DNA from: Candidatus Caldarchaeum sp.
GTDB lineage: Archaea; Thermoproteota; Nitrososphaeria_A; Caldarchaeales; Caldarchaeaceae
Length of the DNA stretch: 26,630 nt
Assembly: GCA_038844785.1 (NCBI GenBank)
Contig: JAWBRA010000023.1
Coordinates: forward strand, 1-26,630
Reading direction: 5' to 3'
The notes under the pieces are model-generated. The model was given only the letters and a program-made list of their open reading frames with translations, was not told the origin of the DNA and ran no database searches. Below are positions 25,895 to 26,630 of this stretch, piece after piece. Within the stretch, counting starts at the first letter, position 1. Each line of letters begins with the position of its first letter. Position numbers and translations under genes: made by a program.

Positions 25895-26298
25895 GCATCG
25901 AAAGCTTTTACGAATATCCTGCAGGTGTTGCCGTCTCGAAGTTTCTCAACGGCCTAAGACAGGGGAAGCTTATTGCCAGCCGTTGCGGCGAATGCAAAAA
26001 ATCCATCATACCGCCGAGAGCCTACTGCACAAGCTGTCTCAAACCCGTCGTAGAATATTATGAGGTTGAACCCGTCGGCGAAATCGTCACATACACAGTT
26101 TCTCACATTACGATGGGTGATAGTTCAAATGTCCAGCCGATTACATGGGTTTTCGTAAAATTCAACGGGGTGGAGGGCGGGTTGATGCACCGGCTTAACC
26201 CAGACATCAAGCCTTCACCAGGCTTGAAAGTACGGCTGGTCTTTAACCAGCAACGCGTCGGCAGCATACTCGACATAAAGTATTTTGGGGCGGCTTAA
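25891..26298 (+). CDS. DUF35 (ChsH2-like Zn-ribbon + OB-fold) protein
   Basis: ATGA overlap with the upstream stop; FLNGLRQGKLIASRC..C....PPRAYC..C and RVGSILDIKYF. Confidence 0.92.
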   Translation: MSIESFYEYPAGVAVSKFLNGLRQGKLIASRCGECKKSIIPPRAYCTSCLKPVVEYYEVEPVGEIVTYTVSHITMGDSSNVQPITWVFVKFNGVEGGLMHRLNPDIKPSPGLKVRLVFNQQRVGSILDIKYFGAA

Positions 26299-26316
26299 TA
26301 ACAGGCTGTTAGGCCC

Positions 26317-26427
26317 CGCAGAGGAGTTTTAGGCGTTATAGACGGCTTCAAACCCAAAGGCATAGAGGACGAGAAACACATCGAGGAGAGAAAACACTTC
26401 CTCAGAAAAATCGGATACAAGCTGTGA
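26317..26427 (+). pseudogene. 3' remnant of adenosine-specific kinase (DUF355 / PAE2307 family) gene
   Basis: Translates as [36 protein letters not shown], matching the GRG.LGVIDG..P.G.E.......RK.FLR.IGYK C-terminus of this family. Two in-frame TAA codons (26296, 26299) lie upstream and there is no start codon. Confidence 0.75.
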
Positions 26428-26503
26428 AGCGTCAGAACGGATATCCTAGTAATTGTCACGCCTTGGCACCTCAGCCTGGTGGAGCGACCGCTTAACCATA
26501 ATG

Positions 26504-26628
26504 TTATATGGTTGGTTTGTATCTCTTTCTCCTTGGTTTTTTCCTTAATATTCTGTTGCAGTTTGGGCATTTATCCCTGTCTTTAAACGTTTTCTACAAT
26601 ACCATTCTCCCCTGTCATAGTTTGGCTG
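26504..26628 (-). pseudogene. Probable frameshifted small Zn-finger gene fragment (runs off window)
   Basis: One minus frame gives QPNYDRGEWYCRK and the adjacent frame continues TFKDRDKCPNCNRILRKKPRRKRYKPTI*; the region is AT-rich. Confidence 0.4.
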
Positions 26629-26630
26629 AC

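Noticed and set aside
25841-26277. Identical 18-mer GGCAGCATACTCGACATA at 25841-25858 and 26260-26277
   Set aside because: Both copies encode the conserved GSILDI motif of the two DUF35 paralogs; not a mobile-element or CRISPR repeat.
26295-26570. 91-aa minus-strand ORF
   Set aside because: It is antisense to the kinase remnant and out of frame with the more protein-like Zn-finger fragment.
1-26630. tRNA, rRNA, CRISPR array, transposase or integrase
   Set aside because: No cloverleaf, regularly spaced repeats or recombinase motifs were seen, and nearly all of the sequence is accounted for by CDSs.

Overview
Gene-dense archaeal chromosomal window of roughly 50% GC, with many TTG/GTG starts and TATA-like boxes about 25-35 nt upstream of starts. 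It encodes a PolD small subunit and an archaeal-type RtcB; the overall style suggests a Caldiarchaeum/Aigarchaeota-like thermophile (inference only). From left to right: a YHS/TRASH mini-protein, thioredoxin reductase, a Rieske ferredoxin, and a ~6.3 kb uncharacterised locus built around a CstA-family transporter. That locus also has two tandem single-domain ArsA/GET3 ATPases (one apparently hydrolysis-dead), two paralogous cory-CC-star-like small proteins, two divergent paralogous Cys-containing thioredoxin-like proteins and two unknowns. Next come acetoacetate-CoA ligase, a SAM methyltransferase, DP1, a His-rich beta-propeller-like unknown, a small conserved helical protein, RtcB, a Liv-type ABC transporter whose ATPase genes are inverted, threonine synthase, and an operon of acyl-CoA dehydrogenase, two Cys-less thiolase-like proteins and two DUF35 proteins. 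The right edge has gene debris: the 3' end of an adenosine-specific kinase gene and a probable frameshifted Zn-finger gene. No rRNA, tRNA, CRISPR array or transposase was seen. The best candidate for an undescribed system is the CstA / asymmetric ArsA pair / adaptor / redoxin locus at 1814-8162. All family calls come from motif recognition by eye, not from searches.
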